Positions 26,000-37,894 of a DNA stretch of 64,000 nt are shown in pieces; the stretch's first letter is position 1, and the number at the start of each line of letters is the position of its first letter. The position numbers and the translations under genes are program-made. The notes below the pieces were generated by a model. It worked only from the letters and a program-made list of their open reading frames with translations, had not been told where the DNA came from and did not search any database. This DNA comes from Spirogloea muscicola (lineage: Eukaryota), in the NCBI GenBank assembly GCA_009602725.1, contig WELB01000025.1:994678-1058677 (forward strand). Reading direction: 5' to 3'.

Positions 26000-27750
26000 G
26001 GCCAAGGTCATGCGGAAGCATCAATGTACGGAACGGACATACTGGCTTCTAACAGCTAGTAGTGACACCGGAAAGCACATAGGTGGACCGAGAAAGGACA
26101 CAGCATGCAGTGCTGGTGGTCTCCCCCAGGCAGGAGTGACTGCTGAAGCAGTGCAAGTGCAGACGAGTGCACTAGTGATACTTAGATTTGCAGGTGTTCA
26201 AGGCTTAGAGTGTACTCTGCACTCGACAAATGGTCTCAGTAGCAATGTTGAGCCCCTTCCTCATGATTCTGGCAGTACTGAATGAATCCTCCATAAGAAA
26301 GCAAAGATCAGACTACAGTGCTAAATTATGTTGGCCTCCACCTAGCTAGCTTGACTGGCACGCAAGAGGATTCAAGCAAAGACGTGCTCAAGCGAGTCAC
26401 AGTCTAGCTCCAACAATCAGCTCCAACAAACAAATGAGACGACAACCAAAGATGAGACGATTGTTGGCACCGCAAAAAGCTCATTCTTGCATACCAGTTG
26501 CCCGCGTTCTAGGTCGCACATGTGAATTCTAAGTCTGTGTGGAAATTGTAAGTACAATGTGATGCCACTTCATCGCTTGTGACAAGCAGGTAAGCTTTCG
26601 TGCACTTGCAGAACCACTCGCGGTCAATGACCTGTTAATTGTGAAGGGTGATAATGATGAAACAATCATGCGAGTCAGTAAGGTCCAGCCCCACGACTTG
26701 CAGGTCAGATCTCAGGACGGTGCCAGTGCAGGGTATAGAGGATGTGTTATTCTGACCAGCGTCAACATTGAGGTCCTTATTGTGCGGCTGGTAGAAGACC
26801 AAGCCAGAAAATGAAGCTAGTGCAGCTCAAGCTTCACTAAACACCTCAACGTCCTCACTCCATAATCACCTCCATAAGAGGAGGGATGTTGTACGACCTT
26901 CGTACATCGATATGAAACGACATCCCTAGCAGTCAGTGGTTTTCATGATTGTGATGAAGCAGCTCTGAACAATGCTCAGGTCCACGTTTGATTTTACCGG
27001 CATTGCAGATCTTTCCAGTCAAGCATAAGGTTCTCATGGCCTCAAATGTCACTGGCAAAAGGCAGGTCGTCATTGCAATATCCATGCAGTAAGGCAGTTG
27101 TTGCCTGCCAAGTCACGAACCCTTTTATAAAGGTCAGAAGCCAATGATGTGTTGATATGAAGTGAACTATGCTTCGAGTTGTGAGCTGACTGACAGCAGT
27201 GAATTTAGATATTATCACAAATCGTCCCAGACTATGGATTGCTATGATTACCTCAGGTGAAGCACTGAATTCTGCATACACAGTCCAACATCCAAAAGCT
27301 AGTAGCATTGCTGTGAAGGCCCCAAGGACACCGGCTGCAATGTGAACGGTTCCCCTCATGGAGATGGGAGGGGGACTGCTTGCAGGCATCCAAAGCTTTA
27401 ATAAATTCCCTGCTCTTGACAAGTGGTCCCAGCTGCGGCACTGTGCCCCTTCTTCATGTTCCTGGAGCTGTCAGCAATGCATTCATGGTCATGGTCACAC
27501 TCAAAATATCTGACCATGGTGGCCTCCACAGCTCCACCTGTTAATGGATGCACAGACGTGCTCAAGGTGTTGCATGCTGGCTCTCACCTCCCCAAGAGAG
27601 ATGTTCGCCTGCGCCATGAAGAGCGGATCCTGGGCGCTGTGCGGCGCTGGTAAATATACGATGTTGGTTGAGCTGCAACGCGGGCCAAGAGCTTCAGCGA
27701 GACATTGACGAGAACAAGACATGGTGCAGCATGAAGTTGCAGGACCCAGG
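26000..27750 (-). mobile_element. Ancient decayed CRE-like copy
   Basis: GEVRASMQHLE (cf. GEVSRAVQALD), IDVRRSYNI (cf. VDVRNVFNC), SDLQVVGLDL (cf. QLKEIGLDI) in the expected order. Confidence 0.55.
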
Positions 27751-27984
27751 GCACGGTGCGCGTGAGTCTACCGGCTCTCGAAGGAGGCGAAGGCCGACGT
27801 CTTCGGCGGCGGGGAGGGCGCCACTGCGAGTGACTCGCATGCCTAGAAAGAGGCGCCACAGAAGAAGAATGCGACTGCTGATTGGAAGCGCACAGGATGA
27901 CACGGTACTGGCAAGAAGAGCGGCCAAAAAGCGGGGGGCCGCAGGCGACGGTGGGCGAGGCGCAGCAAGTGAGGCAGCTCTCGG

Positions 27985-27985
<1 letters not shown>

Positions 27986-28026
<41 letters not shown>
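27986..28026 (+). repeat. Poly-G tract (a poly-C tract also occurs at 1-28)
   Basis: Direct observation. Confidence 0.9.
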
Positions 28027-28847
28027 CGATGGATTTGAGCGCCGGCTTGGAGCATCCAAGGCACAGACGAGCTCAGGAGAGTCAACAGTGTGCCTCTGAC
28101 CGTATGTAAGATGATGATTGACCACAGCGCGGAGAGCGCAGTCGTGGCTTTGAACGGCACCGGCAGGGTCGCCGGATGCGTGGCCATGGCGGTGGCGCTG
28201 CGAGACGACGGCGGGCGAGCCTCAGTGTGGAGCAGGAGAGGCGCAGCGTGGAATTGAACGAATGTGGCCCGAATGGCGACTTGCGCGTCAGCCTACCGGC
28301 TCGAGGAGGAGGCGAGAGCAGCCGAGCTGGGCTGCGACCCGACAGCGGCAAAGGCGGCGCCGCGGCGAGGGTAAGGCTGCTCGGCGGCGGCTGCGGCGGA
28401 GTGTGGTTGTGGGAATGTGGGCACAACGCTGAGAACTGGATGCAACATAGACGACGCCTCCGTTCCTTGCCATCGCCTCCAGCCCTTCGTTTCTTTTACC
28501 GAGAGTCATTCTCAGTCACACTGCACGGGGCTTTCAGACTGCAGGAAGCCAGGACAAATTCCGTGTGTTAGAAAGGGGGAAGCCCAGGCTCCTGGTGGCT
28601 GTACCTGTTGGCCCGCCTTGCGCTTCTGGGCCGCCACCACTGGGCAGCCACCACAAGTTCACACGGCTGCCCGGGCGCGGAGAAAAAGAGGAAAGTGCTC
28701 GCAGGTTAGGGGGAGGGGGCAGGCGCGCCGCGAACCCCATAGCGGGCGCCGCCGGCAGCGACGCCGGCGGCGGCCCGGGGTTTAGGAGGGGTGGCGGCGA
28801 CGGCGGCGGCGCCCTCGACCTAGCGCGTTCAGATTTAGGCGCGTTCC

Positions 28848-28885
28848 AAAACCTAAACCCTAAAACCCTAAACCTGAACCCTAAA
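28848..28885 (+). repeat. Degenerate (CCCTAAA)n interstitial telomere-like tract
   Basis: AAAACCTAAACCCTAAAACCCTAAACCTGAACCCTAAA. Confidence 0.85.
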
Positions 28886-29054
28886 GGACAAAATCCAAAG
28901 AGCTACAGGAGAATCACTCAGTAACCTCTGCTAAGCAGCCGCAGGTCGGACAAAAAGACAAGCACACAGAGAAACAAAGCAGCTACGAATCACGCAGTAA
29001 CCCCTGCTTAGCAGCCGCAGATCAGAGAAAGAGGAAGCGCGGCCACATTGACTG

Positions 29055-32000
29055 GTGGCGGCGGGCGGCCGCGGCCGCGGTGGCAGCCCAGGCCGGCGTG
29101 TCCCACCAGGGCCGACCCCTCCAGGTCCCCACCACTGGCAATGGGCCGCGGACCTTGACCTAGATGCGGTCCACCGGCAAGAGGCTCTCCCACTCCTGCG
29201 CTTTGCTACCGTATGCGACTGTCTATGTCCCTGCAGCGCTCCCAAGCGCTTGCTTTGCACCGCCGCGCTGGTCGCGCCCTTGCAGCAGCCTCTGGCTTGC
29301 GCAGCGGGGTTGCTCTTCCTCCCCTCAGCTCATCTGACTTCCTACTGCTGACACGGGGGTATTGAGGGCGCCCTGTCTGCCTAGCCTTTGGCTCCGTCAT
29401 GAACACCTGTATGCATCTGGCTGGCATTTCACAGCCGATTCTTTCATATCAGCAGCCGCTTTCTTCTTTTTCCTGCGCCATGTGCCGCGGTGGGCGCGCC
29501 CACACCTGCGCCGCGCCCTCCGCCCCGTTCTGCAGCGAATCGTGGTCGACCACAGGGACGCGGCCGCCTGGAAAGTCTTCATCCTCTTCCCCAGGCTGCT
29601 GCTCGGGCGAGCACCCCCCCCAGGGCCACGGCCAAGGCCGCCAGCTGCTCCTGGACCGCATCTACCTCTTTGAGTGCGGGCAATGGGAGGAGCTCCTGGC
29701 GCGGCACGACGCTGCAGTGGCTGCGGCCTCGGCAGGCCGCCGCACTTCGCAGACAGCGCCTTTGTCTGACAGGGCGGCCAGTGTCCGCCGCGCTCTCCGG
29801 TATGGCCATGCCGGGGAGCTCTCAAGAGCCGTCCAGGCGCTCGATGATTCGGTGTTGGCGCCGGCAACCTGAGGCCACGCGGGAAGCCCTCTCCTCCACC
29901 CCCCGGCGCGCTCTCCCCTGCCTTCGTGGTTGGCTTCCTACGTCCCGCAGGCGGAGGTGGCCCTTGATGCGGCAGCCTTCCGCAAGGCCTTGCAGAGCAG
30001 CCGGCGCGCAGCTGCAGGCCGCCCCTCGTGCATGTTCACGGAGCATTTGAGGGAGCTCTTCCTCGAGGGGGACGAGGCGGACTTTCGGGCGTTGCACCAG
30101 GTTTGCCAACACATGGCCCGGGGTCACAAACCTGCCAGCATCCGCGGTCTGCTCTGCGCCAGCACCCTGCTAGCCCTCAGCAAGGTCAATGGCGGCGTCC
30201 GCCCCATCGCCATCGGCGAGGTTCTGTACCGCCTGGTGGGACGGGCACTCTGGCAACAGCACGCCGACGCGGCCCAGACACACCTGGTCCCACACCAGTA
30301 TGGCGCAGGCCTGCGGAGCGGCGGCGAAGCAGTGGTCCATGCGGTGCGGGCTCCCTCGACTTGCACCCCGAGTGGTGGTGTTGGCAGTGGACGTCCGCAA
30401 CGTGTTCAACTGCGTCGACCGTGCAGCTGTCGCCGAGGAGCTCCGTGACGCCTTCCTCACCCTGCTGCCGTTCTTCGGGCTGGACTACGGCCAGCCCAGT
30501 GATCTCCTATGGCGGCTTGGAGCCGTAGGGGTGGTGGTCCTTCAGTCTTCCACAGGCTCGCGTCAGGGGGACCCGCTGGCCGGGTTCTTCTACGCGCTGG
30601 CCCACGACCGCGCCCTGGCCACGGCAGCTGCTCACCCGGGCGTCCTCATGCCCACGTATGCCGACGACACCACCCTAGTCGGGCCAGCAGACAAGGTCTT
30701 GGCTGCCTTTGCCACCCTCGAGGCGCAGCTGAAGGAGATTGGCCTGGACATCCGCGCGTCGAAGTGCAGCGCTTGGTCCCCACAAGGGTTGCCAGCCCTC
30801 CTCCACCTACCTTCCGGCTGTCAGACACCAGCGCGGGGCCTCACACTCCTCGGGGTTCCCTTGGGCTCACCATCCTTCGTGGACGAGCAGCTGCGGAGCA
30901 AGCTGCAGGAGCACCTCAAGCCGGCGGCCCGCCTCCCGGAGCTGCACGACATGCAGCTTGGGCTCGCCATGCGGACGCGCAGCATTGCGCAACGTCCCCT
31001 GTACCTGGCTCGAGCCCTTCCCCCCCTCCCCAGCGGCGCAGGCCGCCTATGCAACCTTCGATGCAGGTATCCTTGCCAGCACAGCGGCCCTGGTCCAACA
31101 CCCGGCCTTCCTGGCGACGCCGGCTGCCGTGCACCAGGCCTCCCTGCCGGTGAGCCGCGGGGGTCTGGGCTGCCGTCCGCTGGCTCGTGCCTGCCGGGCA
31201 GCACACCTGGGGAGTTGGGCGCAGGTTGCGGCTTCGGTGGCCCAGCGTTTCATCCGGCATGGGGGTCGCCTTCTGGAACAGGCGGCAGCGGACGTGGAGA
31301 CTGGCACGTTGCCCTTCCAGGCGGCTCTTTGCTCAACCCGGGATGCGCTGCTTGCAGATCACCCCGCCCTGGTGCCACGGGCCGTCCCGTTCGCGCACCT
31401 CGTGCGCGCGGCCGACCTCCGGGCCCAAGCTCGCTTCATGGCAGAGGTTGATGCGGCCTCCTCCACCACGTTGATGGGGCTCTTGCCATTGGCCGACCTC
31501 CGGGGGCGCGCGCGGTTGCTCTCGGCATCCTCACCAGGGGCGGCAGCTTGGTTGTCTGCCCTGCCGTTCCACGACGCGCTCCGAATGCCCGATGACGCCT
31601 TTCCGTACGGCGGTGCACCGCCTTCTCGGCCTCCACCCACCCTGCCTCAGTGGCGTACAACAGTGTGAGTGCGGAGAGCGCAGTTCCGACGCGGCATCGT
31701 TGGCAGCTCACATGCTCAGGTGCGCATGGGGCGGGGAGCGGACAGGAACACACGACTTGCTGCGGAATGCCTTGTTTGGCATCTTTGTCGAGGCCGGTTA
31801 TGCGGTGGCGCTCGAGAACACCAGCGTCATGCCTCTGACCGCTGGGGCGGATGGCCGCATCCACACCCGGCGCGCCGACCTTGTCGCCAGCGCGCTCGGC
31901 GGGGGGCCTCGGCTCATTGCCGACGCTGTCACGATTGACTGCTTTGTTTCCAGCAGCGCCAAACGCTCGTCGGAGGAGGCGGGCTATGCAGTCGGCCAAG

Positions 32001-32359
32001 CGGCGGGCGAAAAGGAACGGAAGTACTCGGACCACCCGGTGGGAGACGAGTTTGTTCCACTGGCAGTCGACGTGCACGGAGCCTTTGGCACTAAATGGCT
32101 TGACTTGCTTCACCACCTTGGGCGGCGTGCAGCGGCCCGCCGCCACGGGCAGCAGGGCGAGCAGCCCGGTCTCAATTTCGCTGGGTCCCTCGCTCAAGTC
32201 TTCCGAATGCGCTTGGCCATCTCGATGCAGCGGTCCCTTGCCTTTGCGGTTCACTTGCGCGCCGGCTGAGCTTTGGCGGCGGCCTCCGGCTTCCGTCAGG
32301 GCGACGTCTTTCCGCTGGCTAGCTACTCCGATTTGCATCTTCTGACTAGAGGTTACTGA
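29055..32359 (+). mobile_element. Near-full-length CRE-like non-LTR retrotransposon (A2), frameshifted RT-RLE ORF
   Basis: GGVRPIAIGEVLYRL, HQYGAG..GGEAVVH, VDVRNVFN, GSRQGDPL, YADD, SRGGLG, QCECG..HMLRC..ERTGTHD, RRADLV, ADAVT, KERKY, PLAVDVHG; ends SYSDLHLLTRGY*. Confidence 0.95.
29202..29470 (+). mobile_element. Nested subfamily-C 3' fragment with 8-bp target-site duplication
   Basis: TCCTGCGC at 29194-29201 and 29471-29478; removing the insert restores host peptide PLLRHVPRW. Confidence 0.85.
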
Positions 32360-32360
32360 G

Positions 32361-32836
32361 AGAAAGTGCTCGCCCATTGAGGATAGGGGCTGGAAAAACC
32401 AGCCCAAAAACGAATGAACAAAGTACGAGAAGGGGGCCAGGGGAAGAGCGAAGAATAACAAGCACACACAGAAATAAAGCAGCTACGAATCACTCTGTGA
32501 TCCCTGCTAAGCAGCCGCAGATCAGAGATGCTAGGCTCCTGGAAGTGGGTCCCCCGGCCAGAGCCAGCAGCGAGACGGCCAGGCGTATGCGGTACACTTG
32601 CGTCAGCGACCCGGCTGCAGGAAAGTCCACCGGCTCCCTAGTGAAGCGCCGGGCGATGGTGTGGCAGGCGAGCTGGGTGAGCAGCTCGAGCCACCGAGCG
32701 CCCAGCGCCCCATGGGTGTCAATTGCCAACGGGAAGACCTCGTCTTCCCGCGGATGATTGGCGTACTTGAGCTCTTCAGCCCGAGCAGCGCAGGCGACCG
32801 CATACCCAGCCTCGGTGGCACATTGGGCTGGGTGTG
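32361..32836 (-). mobile_element. 5'-truncated A1 copy, tail-to-tail with the A2 element
   Basis: AIDTHGALGARWLELL..YRIRLAVSL; UTR hairpin at 32385-32405. Confidence 0.9.
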
Positions 32837-32837
32837 A

Positions 32838-33122
32838 GCGATGACTTCGCGGCCCTGGCCATTGTCGTTCACGGGGCCTTCAGCAGTGGCTGGTTCTCCT
32901 CCACTCCATTGGCTCTTCATGAACGTGCAGGGCGCGCTCTAAGTCAGGCCTCCGGCTTCCGTGGCGGTTCTCCAGCTCCCCAGGTTAGCTTGTCAGACTT
33001 GTTTGTGCTCACCCGTGGATACTATTGTCAGCTTAGGCACCTAAATTTAGGTCTCCGTATTATGTAGCCTTGTTAAATTTGCACTTGACTCTGCCTGAAC
33101 ATTGGCTTGAAATGGCCTCCCT
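32838..33122 (+). mobile_element. Internally deleted subfamily-D 3' fragment
   Basis: DDFAALAIVVHGAF..QVSLSDLFVLTRGY. Confidence 0.8.
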
Positions 33123-34300
33123 GCGAGCCCGCCTTGCGGAGCATCTTCAGCCTACGGCCCGGCTTCCCGAGCTGGACGACATGCAGCTGTAGTTGGCCAT
33201 GTTGACCAAGGCCATTGGGCAGCGGCCCCAGTACTTGACGCGGGCCACTCCGCCGTCCCCAGGGGCGTTGGCGGCGTACGCGGATTTTGATGCAGGCATG
33301 GTGGCGAGCTTGGCGGCCCTGGTCCGCCACCAGGGCTTCCTCCAGTCGCCAGCCGCTTTCCACCAGGCGGCGCTACCCCTCAGCCACGGTGGTCTCGGCC
33401 TGCGCCCGCTCGCCCGTTCTTGCCGGGCTGCATACCTCGGCAGCTGGGCGCAGACTGCCGCCTCCGTGGCCCAGCGCTTCATGGTCCACGGCCGGCGTGC
33501 ATTGGAGCAGGCGGTGGTGGAGGTTGACATAGGCGCGCTGCCGTTCCAGGTGTCGCTTCGCTCCGCCCACCAGGATGCGATGCGATGCATGGCATTCTGG
33601 TGGAGGCTGGCTTCTCGGTGGCAGCGGAGCACTCCAGCGTCATGCCGCTCCAGGAAAGGGCTGACGGTCCCCACGCCCGTCGCGTAGACCTGGTGGCCAC
33701 CCCACAGACCGGCGGGCCACGTCTTCTCCTGGACGTGGTGACCACCGACGCATACGACCGCTCGCACCCAGCCCAATGTGCCACCAAGGTTGGGTATGCG
33801 GTCGCCTGCGCCGCTCGGGCTAAAGAGCTCAAGTACGCCGACCATCCGCGGGAAGACGAGTTCTTCCCGCTGGCGATTGACACGTATGGGGCGTTGGGCG
33901 CTCGGTGGCTCGAGTTGCTCACCCAGCTCGCCCGCCACGCCATCGCCCGTCGTTTCCATGGGGAGCGGGTGGACTTTCCTGCAGCCGGGTCGCTGGCGCA
34001 GGTGTACCGGATGCGCTTGGCCGTCTCGCTGCAGCGGTCAATGTCCCGCGCGCTGCACCTGCGGGCCGGCAGAGCCCTCGCTGCTGCCTTTGGCTCTGGC
34101 CAGGGGACCCAGTTCCAGGAGCCTAGCGTCTCTGATCTGAGGCTGCTTAGCAGGGGTTACTGAGTGATCCATAGTTGCTTTGTTTCTTTGTGTGCTTGTT
34201 TTTCTTTGCGCTTCCCTGGCCCCCTTCTCGTCCTTTGTTAATTCTTAATGGCTGGCTTTTTCAGCCCCTATTCTCAATGGGCGAGCACTTTCTTCTTCTT
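33123..34300 (+). mobile_element. 5'-truncated A1 copy with ~420-bp internal deletion
   Basis: ORFs 33193-33687 and 33585-34163 match 35853-37163 but skip the Zn-knuckle region; ends GCACTTTCTTCTTCTT. Confidence 0.9.
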
Positions 34301-35144
34301 CGCCATAGCACGGCCTGCTCTTCAGGAACACGTGTGTATTAAGAGATGGGGAGGGCATGTGTGGCCAAGTACAAAAGCAAGCACATTGACAAGTGTACAT
34401 CACCTGGCCCCTTCGTAGCTGCTAAGCGGATTTTGCCAAGCTTCAATGCTGCCGGCTCCCTTGCGCAGGTCTTTTGAATGAGGCTGGCGGTCTCGCTACA
34501 GGCGCTCTTTGGCGTGCTTTGTAGTGTAGTCCTTTCTTGGCACTTTCTTTGGCTTTGGACATTGTCCATTCTTTTTGGGTTGGCTTTGCCAGCCCCTCCT
34601 TGTTTTCTTCTCTATGGGCGAGCTTTTCTTCTTTAGCTTATGCGGTTCACGCGCGCGCTGGCCGCGCTATGGCTGCTGCTTCCGGGTCTCGGCTGAGTGC
34701 CGCTTTTCAAGAGAACTCCGTGTATTAGAAACAAATGTAGGCTTTTCCTGCTTCTAGTTACTCTGATCTGCTGTTGCTCACACGTGGATATTCAGCATCC
34801 ATCTGAATCTCAGAAGAATCTCCCTCTGCACCGTCTCGTGCTTTGTAGTGTAGTCCTTTCTCGGCACCTTTCTTTGGCTTTGGACATTGTCCATTAACTA
34901 AAAAAGACTTCTTTTTATTAACGGGCTTTTCTTGGATTGGCTTTGCCAGCCCCTCTTCTCTATGGGCTAGCTCTTCTTCTGCAGCAAAACGGCGCATTCG
35001 GTACACTTGCGCAAGTGCCGGCTGCAGGGGAGTCCACCGGCTCCCCATGGCCTCCCCATCTCTTCATACACACGTACGGAAGCGAAAAGCCAGCCCGAAA
35101 AAATTGACAGTGGTGCGAAGGGGCCAAAAGCGTTTTTGGCCCCT

Positions 35145-35330
35145 TCGCACCCACATGCTGCGGTGTTCCACAGGCCCTGAAGTGGTGGGCGTCCACAATC
35201 TCCTATGAGACGCCCTGGCGGGCTTGATGCGCGACGCCGGCTACAGCGCCATTGTGGAAGCAAGCAATGTAATGGCCATCACCACGGCTCCTCAGGGTCG
35301 CCATCACCGTCGCACCCTGGACATTGTGTA
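35145..35330 (+). mobile_element. Fragment of a further divergent CRE subfamily (Zn knuckle to RLE)
   Basis: THMLRCSTGPEVVGVHNLL*DALAGLMRDAGYSAIVEASNVM...RRTLDIV. Confidence 0.7.
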
Positions 35331-35826
35331 TAAAGATTTACATGGCTGGAATGTCAATGCAGCAGTAACGTATTGATAGATGCCTGGAGACTAGACACCT
35401 CATCCGGCTGACAAATAAATTGACTGTCAGTGCCGCAGGAAAGGCTTAACAGATGCCTGGAGACGGACAATTTCACCAGGCTGGGCAGCATGGCTTCAAC
35501 CTAGAGCTGAGAGCGGCGCAACCCGGAGTCGTGACACGCGAGACAGCATGGTGCTGGCGCTGGAACGGCGACGGGAGGTGGCAGCGCTGTAGACTGCCTT
35601 GACGGCGTTGTTAGCCGTTAGTGTTGACGGGAACGATAGTACGGCTGACGATAGCCTGGGGGTAGTGACCGTCAGCTGCGAGTGACGGGGGATCGTCAGT
35701 ATGGGGGTGGAGGCCAATGGATGGGTAGTTTGTCGGTGGTAGCCCGTTGATGGCCGTCGACAGTTCGTGGACGGGTCCTCAACGAGAAACTGGGTTCCAA
35801 ATATCCCCACCCGGGCCCGCATGGCC

Positions 35827-37310
35827 GGGCCACCCCGCCGTCCCCAGAGGCATTGGCGGCGTACGCGACTTTCGACGCGGGCATGGTGGCGAGCTTGGCG
35901 GCCCTGGTCCGCCACCAGGGCTTCCCCCAGTCGCCAGCCGCTATCCACCAGGCGGCGCTACCCATCAGCCACGGGGGTCTCGGCCTGCGCCCGCTCGTCC
36001 GCTCATGCCGGGCTGCATACCTCGGCAGCTGGGCGCAGACTGCCGCCTCCGTGGCTCAGCGCTTCATGGTCCATGGCCGGCGTGCACTGGAGCAGGCGGT
36101 GGTGGAGGTGGACAAAGGCGCGCTGCCGTTCCAGGTGGCGCTTCGCACCGCCCACCAGGAGCTGCTCGCGGCGCACCCCGACATGGCCGGCCAGGCGGTC
36201 TCCTTTGCGCACCTCGCGCACACCGCTGACCTGCGCGTCCAAGCGCGCTTCGCGGCCGTCGTCGACAAGGCCGCCTACACCACCGCCGTGCTGCAGCTTC
36301 CTGAGGCTGACCTGCGCGGGCGCGCGAGACTACATTCGGCCTCCTCCCCGGGGGCAGCGGCGTGGCTCCAGGCACTCCCCATCACTGACGCCCTGACCCT
36401 CCCAGATGAGGTGTTTCGCACTGCCGTCCACCGGCTCCTGGGGCTGCCGCCTCCATGCCTCCAGGGCGTGCGTCAATGCCAGTGTGGCGAGCGAGGGGCC
36501 AAGCCTGGCGAGCTGGCTGCTCACGTCCTGCGCTGTTCCCATGGCGGCGAGAGGACGGCGGCCCACGACCGCCTCCGGGACGCGATGCACAGCATCCTGG
36601 TGGAGGCTGGCTTCGCGGTGGCAGCGGAGCACTCCGGCGTCATGCCGCTCCAGGCCAGGGCCGACGGTCTCCACGCTCGTCGCGTCGACCTGGTGGCCAC
36701 CCCACAGGCCGGCGGGCCACGTCTGCTTCTGGATGTGGTGACTACCGACGCATTTGACCGCTCCCACCCAGCCCAGTCTGCCACCAAGGCTGGGTATGCG
36801 GTCGCCTGCGCCGCTCGGGCAAAAGAGATCAAGTACGCCGACCATCCACCGGAAGACGAGTTCTTCCCGTTGGCAATTGACATCCATGGGGCACTGGGCG
36901 CTCGGTGGCTTGAGCTACTTAACCAGCTCGCCCGCCACGCAATCGCCCGTCGCTTCCATGGTGAACCGGTAGACTTTCCTGCAGCCGGGTCGCTGGCGCA
37001 AGTGTATCGCATGCGCTTGGCCGTCTCGCTGCAGAGGTCCATGGCCCGTGCGCTGCACCTTCGTGCCGGGAGAGCCCTCGCTGCTGCCTCTGGCTCTGTC
37101 CAGGGGACCCACTTCCAGGACCCTAGCCTCTCTGATTTGCGGCTGCTTAGCAGGGGTTACTGAGTAATTTGTAGCTGCTTTCTTTCTTTGTGTGCTTTGG
37201 TTTCTTAGCGCTTCCTCTGGCTTCCTCTGGCCCCCTTCTCGTTCTTTGTTCATTCTTTTTTGGGCTGGCTTGTCCAGCCCCTATCCTCAATGGGCGAGCC
37301 CTTTCTTCTA
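35827..37310 (+). mobile_element. Young 5'-truncated A1 copy with uninterrupted 436-codon frame (thumb, CCHC knuckle, RLE)
   Basis: ORF 35853-37163: ISHGGLGLR, RARLHSASSPGAAAWL, CQCG..HVLRC..ERTAAHD, RRVDLV, LLDVVT, KEIKY, DPSLSDLRLLSRGY*; intact 3' hairpin and TTC tail. Confidence 0.95.
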
Positions 37311-37894
37311 TATAGAGGGCACCCGAGGTAGGAGAGGGGGTGAGTTCTTCACCCTACATCGGACCCCTGGACCCTTGCCACTGCAGTAACCGTTGCTCAA
37401 CTTTACCGTTGCAGCCCCATCCCAATGCCTCCCCGCTCTTCCTTGCCACGCCGGCAGCCCGGGCTTGGCGATATCCAAGGCATTCATTACACTTTTGCTC
37501 TTGCCAAAACTGCCCCCAGCGCCGCCGCCGCCGTCGCAGCATTGCTGTCGGGCGTCTTCGCTGCTGTCGAGGCACGCCTGGAATGAGTGGGCTCACAGGA
37601 CGGGCAGCCGCGCTGCCAAAAAGCCTTACACCGGGCGCTGTGAAAAAGCCAGCCCGAAAAGAATTCAAAAAGGTTCGAAGGGGCCAAAACCATTAGCAGC
37701 TACGAAGGGGCCTGAAGAGGAAAAGAATGTCTGGGGTGACTTCGCAACGGTCGCGTCAGGATCGGTGACGCAGGTAAAGCACGAAACATCGTGACCTTGT
37801 GTGAGGTGCAAAAATCGAGCACTGCCTCCATCTGCTCTGAGGCTGTCGTTTACAGTCTTGCGTCATTAGCTTGTCCATCACTACATCTTGTGAC

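Noticed and set aside
35853..37163. Stand-alone 436-aa nuclease gene
   Set aside because: Starts at TTG inside a 5'-truncated retroelement ORF; not an independent gene
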